The translations under genes were made by a program, and so were the position numbers. A stretch of 64,000 bases of DNA from NCBI GenBank assembly GCA_030656615.1, contig JAUSOY010000083.1:58966-122965 (forward strand), written 5' to 3'. Position 1 is the stretch's first letter, and every line of letters starts with the position of its first letter. This document shows positions 1-8,946 of this stretch, piece after piece. Source of the DNA: Bacteroidales bacterium (GTDB taxonomy: Bacteria > Bacteroidota > Bacteroidia > Bacteroidales > TTA-H9). Below the pieces are notes generated by a model. That model saw nothing but the letters and a program-made list of their open reading frames with translations. It was not told the DNA's origin and searched no databases.

Positions 1-95
1 CGAGCCGTACGGCCGATATTGAGAAAACCCTCGTTATGGGAGCACACGGCCCAAAAGAATTGTATCTTTTTTTTGTAGATGATAGCGATATTTAG
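1..95 (+). CDS. LUD-domain protein (LutC/YkgG-like), C-terminal fragment; 5' end outside window
   Basis: Frame +3 is open from the window edge to TAG 93-95 and reads SRTADIEKTLVMGAHGPKELYLFFVDDSDI*. This resembles the conserved C-terminal TADIE...G.HGP block of LUD/lactate-utilisation B/C family proteins. Confidence 0.5.
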   Translation, partial: SRTADIEKTLVMGAHGPKELYLFFVDDSDI

Positions 96-125
96 TATCT
101 TAGTGTAAACTAAATATACCTTTCT

Positions 126-335
126 ATGGATGAAAAATACGAAGTAGCTTATCGTGCAGGTAAAATGTATGAGGCTGAATTGATTAAGGGCTTACTGCTC
201 GAAAATGGCATTGAAGCGGTTCTTATGAATAAGCGTGATTCTGAGTTTTTAATTGGCGATGTAGAAGTATTGGTGCCCGTAGAATCTATGCAGAAAGCAT
301 TAGAGTTAATCAATAAACAAAAGAATGGTGAGTAG
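126..335 (+). CDS. DUF2007-like small protein
   Basis: 69-aa ORF with the pattern EAELIKGLLLENGIEAVLMN...VEVLVP typical of the DUF2007 fold. Its 3' end overlaps the cdsA start by 11 nt. Confidence 0.6.
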   Translation: MDEKYEVAYRAGKMYEAELIKGLLLENGIEAVLMNKRDSEFLIGDVEVLVPVESMQKALELINKQKNGE

Positions 336-1149
336 TTTTTCTGTGCGGTCACTGACCGGTGCTTTTTTCGGTTTTATGGTTCTGGGATCTATTTTTTTAG
401 GTCCTTTGGTTTTCGCATTGACTATGCTACTTGTTCAGCTTGGTTTGATGTGGGAATTTATTCGTCTTGCCGGTCAGATGAATGCGAACATACATAAGCC
501 GTTTGTTATTATGGCTTCGGTTGTATTGTATTTATATATGGTTCTGGTGTCCTGGGGTGTGCTGGAAGTCGATTTATATCTTGCGGCAGTTGCCATGCCT
601 GTTTTTTTGTTGATGCTGATTTCTGAAATTTTCCGGCAGGATGATCCGGATTTTCATTCATTGTTTTTTACGCTTTTTGCTTTGATGTATGTTACGATAC
701 CCATTGCCATGTTAAATATGTTGTACGCGATGGGAAATGCAAATCTCTTCCCATGGGAATTGATTCTCGGATTGTTTTTAATGACTTGGATATATGACAC
801 TTTTGCGTATATTTTTGGAATTAGCTTTGGCAAGCACAAGCTTTTTGAACGTGTTTCACCCAAAAAGTCCTGGGAAGGTTTTTGGGGTGGAACCCTTGTA
901 ACGCTTGGTTTTGCTGTTGTGTATTCACATTGGTTTGAATCACTTAATCTTTGGCAGTGGTTATTGTTTGCAATAATTGTGATAATTTTCGGTACTTTTG
1001 GCGATCTTTTTGAGTCCAGACTGAAACGTTTGGCCGGTATAAAAGATAGTGGTACCATTTTACCAGGTCATGGTGGCCTGCTCGATCGGTTTGATGCCAT
1101 TCTTTTCGCTGCACCAGCTGTATGGTGTCTTTTGGTTTTATTTAACTAA
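325..1149 (+). CDS. cdsA: phosphatidate cytidylyltransferase
   Basis: Polytopic membrane protein with SPKKSWEGFWGG and the GDLFESRLKR...KDSG..LPGHGGLLDRFD CDP-diglyceride synthase signature. Confidence 0.92.
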   Translation: MVSSFSVRSLTGAFFGFMVLGSIFLGPLVFALTMLLVQLGLMWEFIRLAGQMNANIHKPFVIMASVVLYLYMVLVSWGVLEVDLYLAAVAMPVFLLMLISEIFRQDDPDFHSLFFTLFALMYVTIPIAMLNMLYAMGNANLFPWELILGLFLMTWIYDTFAYIFGISFGKHKLFERVSPKKSWEGFWGGTLVTLGFAVVYSHWFESLNLWQWLLFAIIVIIFGTFGDLFESRLKRLAGIKDSGTILPGHGGLLDRFDAILFAAPAVWCLLVLFN

Positions 1150-1164
1150 TGCTCTTTTTATTCA

Positions 1165-1830
1165 ATGACGATTCATAGAGAAGGATTTAAAATTATTCCG
1201 TACGCTATTCTTATTCTGACTATTCCAGCATTGGCAGCGAGTCTTATTTCCCCGATTCAAACGCCCTTGCATTGGATTTTGTATTCTTTGTTGTTTTTTT
1301 TGGCTGTGATTACTATACGTTTTTTCCGTTCACCCGATAGAATCCCCGCAGATACATCAGCCGGGGCTGTTTTAAGCTCAGTGGATGGAACGGTTGTAGC
1401 TATCGAAGAAACCGTCGAAAGTGAGTATTTCAAAGATAAACGACTGCTCATCTCGGTTTTTATGTCGGTGAATAATGTGCATATTAATTTTTCGCCTTTT
1501 GCTGGTGAGGTTACATACATTAAATATCATCCCGGTAAATTTATGCCAGCCTGGGAGCCCAAGTCCAGCCTTGAAAATGAAAGAAATACCTATGTTGTAA
1601 AAAACGAAATGGGTATTGAGGTTCTGTTACGTCAGATTGCCGGAACTGTTGCCCGTCGGATAGCGACCTACGCCAATGTTGGCGACACATTACAGTGGGG
1701 CGACCAACTCGGATTTATTCGTTTCGGCTCCCGAGTGGATATTTTTCTTCCATTAGGTTCAGAAGTTAAGGTGGCTCTGAAGCAAAAAGTGAAAGGGCAG
1801 GAAAGCATTCTTGCATATTTGCCCCGTTAA
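1165..1830 (+). CDS. psd: phosphatidylserine decarboxylase (short membrane-anchored form)
   Basis: N-terminal TM segments and a C-terminal GFIRFGSRVD block (G-S self-cleavage/pyruvoyl site). Lies directly downstream of cdsA. Confidence 0.9.
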   Translation: MTIHREGFKIIPYAILILTIPALAASLISPIQTPLHWILYSLLFFLAVITIRFFRSPDRIPADTSAGAVLSSVDGTVVAIEETVESEYFKDKRLLISVFMSVNNVHINFSPFAGEVTYIKYHPGKFMPAWEPKSSLENERNTYVVKNEMGIEVLLRQIAGTVARRIATYANVGDTLQWGDQLGFIRFGSRVDIFLPLGSEVKVALKQKVKGQESILAYLPR

Positions 1831-1871
1831 TCACTACCTTTATTCCCTTATCCTTATTTGTTTATAGATTC

Positions 1872-2330
1872 ATGAAAAAAATTGCTGTTTTTCCAGGATC
1901 TTTCGATCCAATCACTATCGGTCATTATGCCATAGTATTGCGAGCCCTTCCATTATTTGATCAGATTGTTATTGCTATCGGTGTAAATATTGATAAACAA
2001 GGATATTTTTCATTCGAACAAAGGAAGACTTGGATAAAGGAAGTTTTTAAAGACATAGAAAAAATTTCTGTGCATGAATACAATGGACTTACCGTTGATT
2101 ATTGCCGTTCTATCGGAGCTAAATTTATTCTTCGGGGACTCAGGACATCTGCCGATTTTGAATTTGAACGTTCTGTAGGGCAGGCTAACCGGAAACTGGC
2201 ACCTGAAATCGACACCTTCTTTTTGCTGTCAGCCCCTGAACATACTTTCATATCTTCTTCTATTGTCAGAGAAATCCATCGGAATGGGGGAGCGGTTGAT
2301 TCTTTTTTACCTCCCAAGATTAAGCTTTAA
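1872..2330 (+). CDS. coaD: phosphopantetheine adenylyltransferase
   Basis: MKKIAVFPGSFDPITIGH nucleotidyltransferase motif, 152 aa, with a SSS.VREI-type C-terminal block. Confidence 0.95.
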   Translation: MKKIAVFPGSFDPITIGHYAIVLRALPLFDQIVIAIGVNIDKQGYFSFEQRKTWIKEVFKDIEKISVHEYNGLTVDYCRSIGAKFILRGLRTSADFEFERSVGQANRKLAPEIDTFFLLSAPEHTFISSSIVREIHRNGGAVDSFLPPKIKL

Positions 2331-2373
2331 TAATGGTTTATACTTTTTTTAGATCTATTTGCGTTTCATTGTC

Positions 2374-3756
2374 ATGAAACAATTATTCCTTCTTCTGATT
2401 CTGTTTTTTGCAATTCATTCTTCGGCCATTTCAAGAGTACGTATTAATGCATGGATTCCCGGCGCCAAATCTGAAGTCGTCCGGATTTATTCATCACCCG
2501 AAATTGTCAGTAATAATAAAGAATGCATCGCTTTCACACGAGTCGATGCCGAGGGATGGTTTCATGTAGATATTGAATGCTATTTTCCCTCCCGCATAAT
2601 TATTGATATAGCTTCCTGCCAACAGTCCATACTTATTGAACCGGATAAAACCTATGATTTACGATCAGAACAATTCGTCATAATTGAAGGAGAGAATCCT
2701 GCATTTTCTGGAAGAAGCCTTGGTTTTCAATTATCAAACGTGGATATTAATGCCATTGGGAAGAAATCAGATAAATTGGATAGCCTCTATTCCGATTTTT
2801 TACAAAAAGAATTTGTACGGGTATTCAGGCAGAGAGATACTAAAGCGGTTCAAATATTTGCTGATACACTACAGAATATCTTTAGGTCTGATTCGTCAAC
2901 GTATATTCAACAGAAAGTAAAATTTTTAACCGCTGGTTTGTTGTATCAAACGAATCAGTTGAAGAGGGAAGAATTACAATCGCGGTATTTGTCCGATCGG
3001 CCGATTTATCAAAATGATGAATTTGTCGTGTTTTTCGAAACGCTTATGCAAAATTATTTCTCGTCCCAGAAATTCGTTAATTATTCAAATATCCAAGAGG
3101 CTTTATTCACGAAAAACCCGGTGGAGGCAGCTTTGGATACTCTTGGAAGCGATCCATTGCTGAAGCATGAAATGCAGCGCGAATTAGCTCTTATGTTCAT
3201 TATTCGGGACTTGTATTATCAAAGTGCTTCCATGCAGAGCAAATTATTACAGGTGATTACTGATTTCAAGAATTATACAACCTTTAAAAAGCATAAGATA
3301 ATTTTGGAATACCTGGCTATTCAACTAAAGTATCTTAAGCCAGGGACAGAATTGCCTTCTGTAATCCCCTATTTAGCAGAAGGTCGTGTTATTGATTTAG
3401 TGAAGGAATCAAAACCCTTGTATCTTGTTTTTGCCCGTACCACTTGTATTTCATGTATGGATGGACTGGATTTATTGGCGCTTATGCCAAATGATATATT
3501 AAGGAATATAAATGTTGCCGTTGTCATTCTCGACAGGGATGCGCTTTCAGCTCAACAGCAGATTCAGTCAAAAGCATTTCCATTTAGTTTTTATTATACA
3601 GGTATTGATCCTGCTTTTACAGAAATATTTCGGATTAAGGGATTACCTAATGAATTACTTATTGGATCTGATCGGTTGATAATCGCCAATCCGGCGATGC
3701 GACCCGGCGATGATTTAGAATATCTGTTTTATCAGATGGTTAAGAAAAGTAAATAG
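2374..3756 (+). CDS. secreted protein with C-terminal thioredoxin-like (TlpA/ResA-like) domain
   Basis: Signal peptide MKQLFLLLILFFAIHSSA, taking ATG 2374 (the ORF track starts at TTG 2359). The C-terminal region YLVFARTTCISCMDG...GLPNELLIG looks like a thioredoxin fold with an atypical CISC CxxC. The N-terminal two thirds are not recognised. Confidence 0.6.
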   Translation: MKQLFLLLILFFAIHSSAISRVRINAWIPGAKSEVVRIYSSPEIVSNNKECIAFTRVDAEGWFHVDIECYFPSRIIIDIASCQQSILIEPDKTYDLRSEQFVIIEGENPAFSGRSLGFQLSNVDINAIGKKSDKLDSLYSDFLQKEFVRVFRQRDTKAVQIFADTLQNIFRSDSSTYIQQKVKFLTAGLLYQTNQLKREELQSRYLSDRPIYQNDEFVVFFETLMQNYFSSQKFVNYSNIQEALFTKNPVEAALDTLGSDPLLKHEMQRELALMFIIRDLYYQSASMQSKLLQVITDFKNYTTFKKHKIILEYLAIQLKYLKPGTELPSVIPYLAEGRVIDLVKESKPLYLVFARTTCISCMDGLDLLALMPNDILRNINVAVVILDRDALSAQQQIQSKAFPFSFYYTGIDPAFTEIFRIKGLPNELLIGSDRLIIANPAMRPGDDLEYLFYQMVKKSK

Positions 3757-3762
3757 GAAAAC

Positions 3763-4311
3763 TTATTTCTGAACAGAATTTACACGGAAAAAGGAGAAAT
3801 TAACTTTTCCATAAACTCTATGCTGCCAAAAACCGTCATGACTACTAAAGTCAACTTCCCGAGGATGTTCAATAATTAGGAGGCCTTCGGATGTAAGTAA
3901 TTTATTGGTGAATACCAGAACCGGAATCTCAGAAATATTCTCAAGTTCATAGGGTGGATCTGCAAAAATCAAGTCAAAAGGAAGGTGTTTTGTTCCAATG
4001 AATTGAAAAACATCACCCCTGATTACAAATAAATTGGTAAAATCGAGTTCAGATGCGGTATGTTTAATGAATGCCGCGCATTTGGGATTTAATTCAACGC
4101 AAACAGCTTCCCGGGCATCCCTCGACATGAATTCAAATGCAATACTACCTGTTCCGGAAAATAAGTCAAGGACTCTTAAATTTTCAAAATCGATATGATT
4201 GTTAAGAATGTTGAACAGACTTTCCTTCGCCATATCCGTTGTAGGTCTTACCAGAAGCCCGGCAGGGGGGAGAAGTCTTTTACCACGTCTTTTACCGCTG
4301 ATTATTCGCAA
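3763..4311 (-). CDS. rsmD: 16S rRNA (guanine966-N2)-methyltransferase
   Basis: MRIISGKRRGKRL...RPTTDMAKESLFNIL N-terminus, SAM-binding DLFSGTGS and the DPPY motif. Confidence 0.9.
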   Translation of the reverse strand: MRIISGKRRGKRLLPPAGLLVRPTTDMAKESLFNILNNHIDFENLRVLDLFSGTGSIAFEFMSRDAREAVCVELNPKCAAFIKHTASELDFTNLFVIRGDVFQFIGTKHLPFDLIFADPPYELENISEIPVLVFTNKLLTSEGLLIIEHPREVDFSSHDGFWQHRVYGKVNFSFFRVNSVQK

Positions 4312-5189
4312 AGTTGGGCATTTAAAAGTGTGAAATACTGATGTTTGCTTATTTGGTCAAAAACATAACTATATCCGAAATTATCAGGTCTTTGTGCATA
4401 TTCAATATTGCGGATATATTTTGCCAGAAGAAAAGCAAGTCCGGAGCTTTTATCAAAGCTACCGCTTAACATCACGGTGCTTTTTTCGGGATTAAGATCC
4501 AATTGTTCCATGGTAAATAACAGGAAGTACAGAAAATCTTCGTTAGAATGGTATTGAAATGTATTATGATGAACGAGTTTCCGCTCGGTAAAGCAAGCGG
4601 TCTCCAACCAGGAGGCATGAACGTCAACATATATCGTATCATTCATTTCCAAATTCCTGTTATGGGTTATCAGTGAATCGATAAAAACTGCGGAAGGGTG
4701 AATAATGGAAGCCTTTGGGTATAGGATCTTTGATTGTTCTGCCCAATTGGAAGGGAAAGCATAAACAAGAAAGGCATCCATACTTCTCAGCCTGTTCTCC
4801 ACAATATCATAGGCATCAGGAATACTAAAAGCATGTTGAAGGAAGACTTTATTTTTAGAAGGCTGATGTATTGATGAAGGAACTAGTGTTGATAAACGCG
4901 ATTCGGGCATAATAATCACATCTAAAAAGCCGAGATGTAAGTATTTGTGCCTCAGGGCAAAAGATGTAAAAGCCTTAATTGCTTGTTCGTCTAATGAAAA
5001 CCTACTGGCTTGTCCCGATTTAGTAATCTCGTGATGTTCAAGGGCAATACATTTACTGCGTTGGCGATCGAAAACACAAAAAGAAAATCCATCCTGACCA
5101 AACAGGATGGATAATCTGTATTCTTCTACTAGACCGGGGTCAAAACCTTTATCAGTTACTTCGATATGTGGCTGGGTAAGTTGACTCAT
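4302..5189 (-). CDS. DUF3822-like hypothetical protein
   Basis: 295-aa ORF overlapping the rsmD start by 10 nt. The rsmD-adjacent DUF3822 arrangement is common in Bacteroidota. No catalytic motif recognised. Confidence 0.6.
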   Translation of the reverse strand: MSQLTQPHIEVTDKGFDPGLVEEYRLSILFGQDGFSFCVFDRQRSKCIALEHHEITKSGQASRFSLDEQAIKAFTSFALRHKYLHLGFLDVIIMPESRLSTLVPSSIHQPSKNKVFLQHAFSIPDAYDIVENRLRSMDAFLVYAFPSNWAEQSKILYPKASIIHPSAVFIDSLITHNRNLEMNDTIYVDVHASWLETACFTERKLVHHNTFQYHSNEDFLYFLLFTMEQLDLNPEKSTVMLSGSFDKSSGLAFLLAKYIRNIEYAQRPDNFGYSYVFDQISKHQYFTLLNAQLCE

Positions 5190-5217
5190 TTTTGGCGGCC
5201 TTAGTTCAAAAGGGCCA

Positions 5218-5814
5218 TTATTCCCAGTTACCGTCAGTGGACACTTCTGTCATGTTGCCAACCCGGAGTCCCGGAAATTTATTGGCAGCCTCGATAGCCG
5301 CATTTAAATTGATAATCATCTGTTCGTCAAGCCCGAAAAGGACATCAAAATTTGATGCTTTGGCTTCAAAAACAGGGACTTTCAATCCTCCTTTGTCGAT
5401 CATACCAGCAGTCAGAATGATTTTGGCGTCATTACCAAATGCCAGGTGGTTCAAACGGGCAAGGTTGAATTTTTCTCTTTTTCCAAACAAGCTGTCGTAA
5501 ACACTTACGTGTCCTATCGTATCGCTGATAGAACGAGTAAAAGTAGTATCAGCAGGATCCGGAATAAGTTTTATAACGGGAATCATACCAGACTGGGCAA
5601 AGCTGAAAAGTGAATCGAAATCACCCGTATAGTGTCTGTACTTACTACGGAAAAACTTCTGGATGTCACGAATGTCTTTCATCTTTTGAATAACCACATC
5701 ATAACGTGCATTTTTGTCCTGATTGAATCGCACAGGAGCCATTATGCTGTCGTAAATGAGGTAAATAAGAACAACTATTACCAGTGCCAATGCTATTCTA
5801 GTGATGTTTTTCAT
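5218..5814 (-). CDS. hypothetical N-terminally membrane-anchored protein
   Basis: 198-aa ORF with a single N-terminal TM (ITRIALALVIVVLIYLIY). Preceded by a TAnnTTTG box. No family recognised. Confidence 0.55.
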   Translation of the reverse strand: MKNITRIALALVIVVLIYLIYDSIMAPVRFNQDKNARYDVVIQKMKDIRDIQKFFRSKYRHYTGDFDSLFSFAQSGMIPVIKLIPDPADTTFTRSISDTIGHVSVYDSLFGKREKFNLARLNHLAFGNDAKIILTAGMIDKGGLKVPVFEAKASNFDVLFGLDEQMIINLNAAIEAANKFPGLRVGNMTEVSTDGNWE

Positions 5815-5837
5815 GGTCGGTGATGTTTTATTGGTTG

Positions 5838-5845
5838 CAAAAATA
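5838..5845 (-). promoter_or_regulatory. Bacteroidota -7 box TATTTTTG
   Basis: The plus strand reads CAAAAATA, a perfect TAnnTTTG on the minus strand, 23 nt upstream of the ATG at 5814. Confidence 0.4.
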
Positions 5846-5981
5846 AAACTTTTCTACTTGAATTTACAATAAACGTTCGGCTAATGAAGCTTTTAATTTT
5901 TGAAAGTGGAGAATAGTGCTAAATATTTTTGTTAGCTTCTGATAAACGCCAGTTTATGGATTCTATTATTGGAGCTTACGA

Positions 5982-7211
5982 TTAAAAATAATATGCAATA
6001 GATAATTGGATTCGTATATTATCTACTCCATCGGTATTTGCAAATTGATAACGGAGATCGGGAATACCATAGGCTGCTCGGGTAAATTCAATTTCTGTCA
6101 TTACTGCCAAGGCCTGATACGTATATTGTAAGCGTCCTGATACCCTGAATAATGATTCAATATCATTCCCTCTTCCATAAAACTCCTTGGTTGCATCACG
6201 ATGCGTCCCCAGATTTTTAGCATAACCAGCAAAAAAGCCTGCTTTTACTGGTGCTGTCCGCGTTGAGATATCGGCCCAAACCGATAAATGATTCAGATTA
6301 ATGTACTCTTGTTTTCCTGATGCAGTATCAATTTTTTCAACAGCATACCCTCCCAGCATCAGGTGTTCAAATAAATTCTGGCCATAAACACCTTGTACAA
6401 TAATGTCTAGAGGTTTTGTAGTGATTTTTGCAAAAGCAACAGCAGAAACTGAACGAACGAGTTCTTTTGTTTTTAGCAAACTATCGGTTACTGTTTTTGG
6501 TGCCAGTTGTTTATAGTCAATTCCTGAACCGCATTGAAAGTTTTCTGATTTATACTGCAACTGCAGATGCAGATTGGGTACCAAACCAGTACGTAAATAG
6601 GTCTGACTGGGTCCCGCAGGTCCGGTACTTGTCAAATCGCGCTGTGATAAAGCAGCGAATATCCAGTTTAATCGCCCGGTTCTATACTCAAAACGAATTT
6701 GGGGACTGCGGTTAAAGGAATGAAAAGGTGCTCCTGTGTTGAGGGAATATACTCGTGGCAGAGCTTCGGGAATATCCATTGGCGTCCAGTATTGGCCGGT
6801 TATCAGTTTTGCCTTTTCCCATTCAAGTTTTATGTAAGCATGACGTAAACGGAAGCCATTATTATCTTCATTGGAATGTCCCGTAAAATCAGCTTCCATA
6901 ATGGCAGAAGCTTTGGTATTCATAAATACCGGACCGGTGATTGTGCCTGAAAGTCTTGACATGGTGGCATATTGATTGAATCCTGCCCGCGCATTAATGT
7001 CTTCTCCATTTTTATCCAATAATTCTTTTTTTGGATAGAATAAGAAAAAGCCTTCACGGGCATCTACGACCATTCGGGTATCAAATGCGGCATCCGCTCT
7101 TACAAATCCATTGATGGTTAAAACAGGTTTCTGATTTTCGGCAGACTCTTTTTGTGCAAAAATGGTAAGTCCGGAAATAAGGCCAATTAAAAAAAATAGA
7201 TATTTTATCAT
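5982..7211 (-). CDS. outer-membrane beta-barrel (porin-like) protein
   Basis: Signal peptide MIKYLFFLIGLISGLTIFAQ, alternating amphipathic beta-strand pattern, aromatic C-terminus ...SIAYYF. Confidence 0.6.
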   Translation of the reverse strand: MIKYLFFLIGLISGLTIFAQKESAENQKPVLTINGFVRADAAFDTRMVVDAREGFFLFYPKKELLDKNGEDINARAGFNQYATMSRLSGTITGPVFMNTKASAIMEADFTGHSNEDNNGFRLRHAYIKLEWEKAKLITGQYWTPMDIPEALPRVYSLNTGAPFHSFNRSPQIRFEYRTGRLNWIFAALSQRDLTSTGPAGPSQTYLRTGLVPNLHLQLQYKSENFQCGSGIDYKQLAPKTVTDSLLKTKELVRSVSAVAFAKITTKPLDIIVQGVYGQNLFEHLMLGGYAVEKIDTASGKQEYINLNHLSVWADISTRTAPVKAGFFAGYAKNLGTHRDATKEFYGRGNDIESLFRVSGRLQYTYQALAVMTEIEFTRAAYGIPDLRYQFANTDGVDNIRIQLSIAYYF

Positions 7212-7222
7212 ATGTTATGGGG

Positions 7223-7618
7223 CTATTCGATGTGGTTTTCTAGATCTTGTGCGAAGGTCAGATAGTAAGAATTGAGGTCTCTTGCCGTAAATTCCAGACT
7301 CCCGTAAAAAGTTTCTTTTAAGGGAGAAGCTATTTCGGCATGAACTTTCATGATTTCATAAATCTTTTGTACTTCATTCGTACGAATATACAGGTTAAAC
7401 GTGCCTCCTGTTTTTTCATTTTTCTGAAAAGGGATCTCAGAACTAAGGCTTTCCCTGTTCTGGAACATCAGAATGACCTCCTTATTTTTCAGCATAACCC
7501 AGACTGGATTAACGTGATCAGGAACAATCATTGCAATTTCAAATTCCAGATGTTCTGTATAAAAAGCAATTGTACGGAGCATATCATCCGTCATCAGATT
7601 GTTTGCAATACTTATCAT
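7223..7618 (-). CDS. VOC (glyoxalase/bleomycin-resistance) family protein
   Basis: 131 aa. The tandem beta-alpha-beta-beta-beta-like pattern (FYTEHLEFEI...VMLKNKEV.LMF...YGSLEF..RDLNSY) is typical of the bleomycin-resistance/glyoxalase fold. Confidence 0.6.
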   Translation of the reverse strand: MISIANNLMTDDMLRTIAFYTEHLEFEIAMIVPDHVNPVWVMLKNKEVILMFQNRESLSSEIPFQKNEKTGGTFNLYIRTNEVQKIYEIMKVHAEIASPLKETFYGSLEFTARDLNSYYLTFAQDLENHIE

Positions 7619-8043
7619 TCGTGTGAGGGGTATAAAGGTAGAAATTCAATAAAGTCGGTTCGTGAATCGTTATAATTAATAAAACAAGTAAAAGTGTTTT
7701 GTCCGTTTGTAACGACGATAAAAGCGGCCCGAAGTTCATAATTATATCGAACGGCCTGATCGAAAACTTTTTGATTGATGGCAATCTCCGGCGCTTTACA
7801 TTCAATAATCATCCAGGGTTTTGAGTCCCGGCCGTATACAAGAATATCCGTTCTTTTTCGTAATCTGTTGATTTTTAGACCAGATTCTACTGATATTCGT
7901 TCTAAAGGATAATTCATTTGGTGGATAAGGTGTAATAAAAAGTTTTGGCGGATCCATTCTTCCGGACTCAGGCTTACATATTTTCGGCGTATAGGATCAA
8001 ATACTTGCTTTTTTCCTGCCTCTGTCCTGATTTTTGGCATCAT
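7615..8043 (-). CDS. type I restriction enzyme HsdR N-terminal-domain-like protein (stand-alone)
   Basis: FDPIRRKYVSLSPEEWIRQ...TDILVY...PWMIIECKAP is the HSDR_N_2 / PD-(D/E)xK-like pattern. Start placed at ATG 8043 because a TAATTTTG -7 box (8077-8084) lies inside the longer ORF that runs to 8106. Overlaps the downstream VOC gene by 4 nt. Confidence 0.7.
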   Translation of the reverse strand: MMPKIRTEAGKKQVFDPIRRKYVSLSPEEWIRQNFLLHLIHQMNYPLERISVESGLKINRLRKRTDILVYGRDSKPWMIIECKAPEIAINQKVFDQAVRYNYELRAAFIVVTNGQNTFTCFINYNDSRTDFIEFLPLYPSHE

Positions 8044-8076
8044 TGAGCCATGTGGAGACTTACCCATTATAGATGC

Positions 8077-8084
8077 CAAAATTA
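8077..8084 (-). promoter_or_regulatory. Bacteroidota -7 box TAATTTTG
   Basis: The plus strand reads CAAAATTA, a perfect TAnnTTTG on the minus strand, 33 nt upstream of the ATG at 8043. Confidence 0.4.
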
Positions 8085-8115
8085 GAAAAGAACCAATGAT
8101 TTTCAAAATTTGCCG

Positions 8116-8123
8116 TATTTTTG
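8116..8123 (+). promoter_or_regulatory. Bacteroidota -7 box TATTTTTG
   Basis: Perfect TAnnTTTG 39 nt upstream of the ATG at 8163. Confidence 0.4.
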
Positions 8124-8162
8124 CTCAATGGCAATAATATTGACAGAAGCAATATATAGCGT

Positions 8163-8942
8163 ATGAAAACAAAAAAACAGATTGTTGACAATTGGTTACC
8201 AAGGTATACCAGTAAATCTTTGGATACATTCGGCAATTACATTTTGCTTACCAATTTTCAGCAATACGTAGTTCAGTTTGCCAATATTCATAATGTACCC
8301 ATAGAAGGACTGAATCGTACCATGCCTAGTGCTACTGCTAACGATATTACCATTCTTAACTTTGGAATGGGAAGTGCCAATGCGGCAACAATTATGGACT
8401 TACTTAGCGCGATAAGCCCAAAGGCGGTGCTTTTTCTTGGAAAGTGCGGAGGGTTAAAGCGTAAAAATGAACTGGGCGATCTTATTTTACCCATTGCTGC
8501 TATTCGCGGTGATGGTACATCCGATGATTATATGCCACCTAAAGTACCGGCACTTCCTGCTTTCGCACTTCAAAAGGCCATTTCTACAACCATACGAGAT
8601 TATAACCGTGATTACTGGACAGGAACAGTATATACGACAAACCGTAGGGTCTGGGAGCACGACGATCATTTCAAATCACTCCTGCGTGAAACTCGTTCTA
8701 TGGCCATTGATATGGAAACGGCTACGCTTTTTATTGTAGGTTTCGCCAATCACATTCCTACCGGGGCACTATTGTTGGTTTCTGATCAACCCATGGTTCC
8801 GGATGGTGTAAAGACCGAAAAATCTGATATCCATGTAAACGAAAAGTTCGTAATGGAACACTTAATGATAGGCATAGATTCTTTAAAACAGCTGATTAAT
8901 GGTGGTCATACTGTGAAACATCTCATTTTTGATAACGATTAA
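8163..8942 (+). CDS. AMP nucleosidase-like nucleoside phosphorylase (catalytic domain only)
   Basis: PNP_UDP_1-type motifs (FGMGSANAA, GKCGGL, MAIDMETA). The 259-aa short form is typical of Bacteroidota 'AMP nucleosidase'. Confidence 0.75.
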   Translation: MKTKKQIVDNWLPRYTSKSLDTFGNYILLTNFQQYVVQFANIHNVPIEGLNRTMPSATANDITILNFGMGSANAATIMDLLSAISPKAVLFLGKCGGLKRKNELGDLILPIAAIRGDGTSDDYMPPKVPALPAFALQKAISTTIRDYNRDYWTGTVYTTNRRVWEHDDHFKSLLRETRSMAIDMETATLFIVGFANHIPTGALLLVSDQPMVPDGVKTEKSDIHVNEKFVMEHLMIGIDSLKQLINGGHTVKHLIFDND

Positions 8943-8946
8943 ATCT

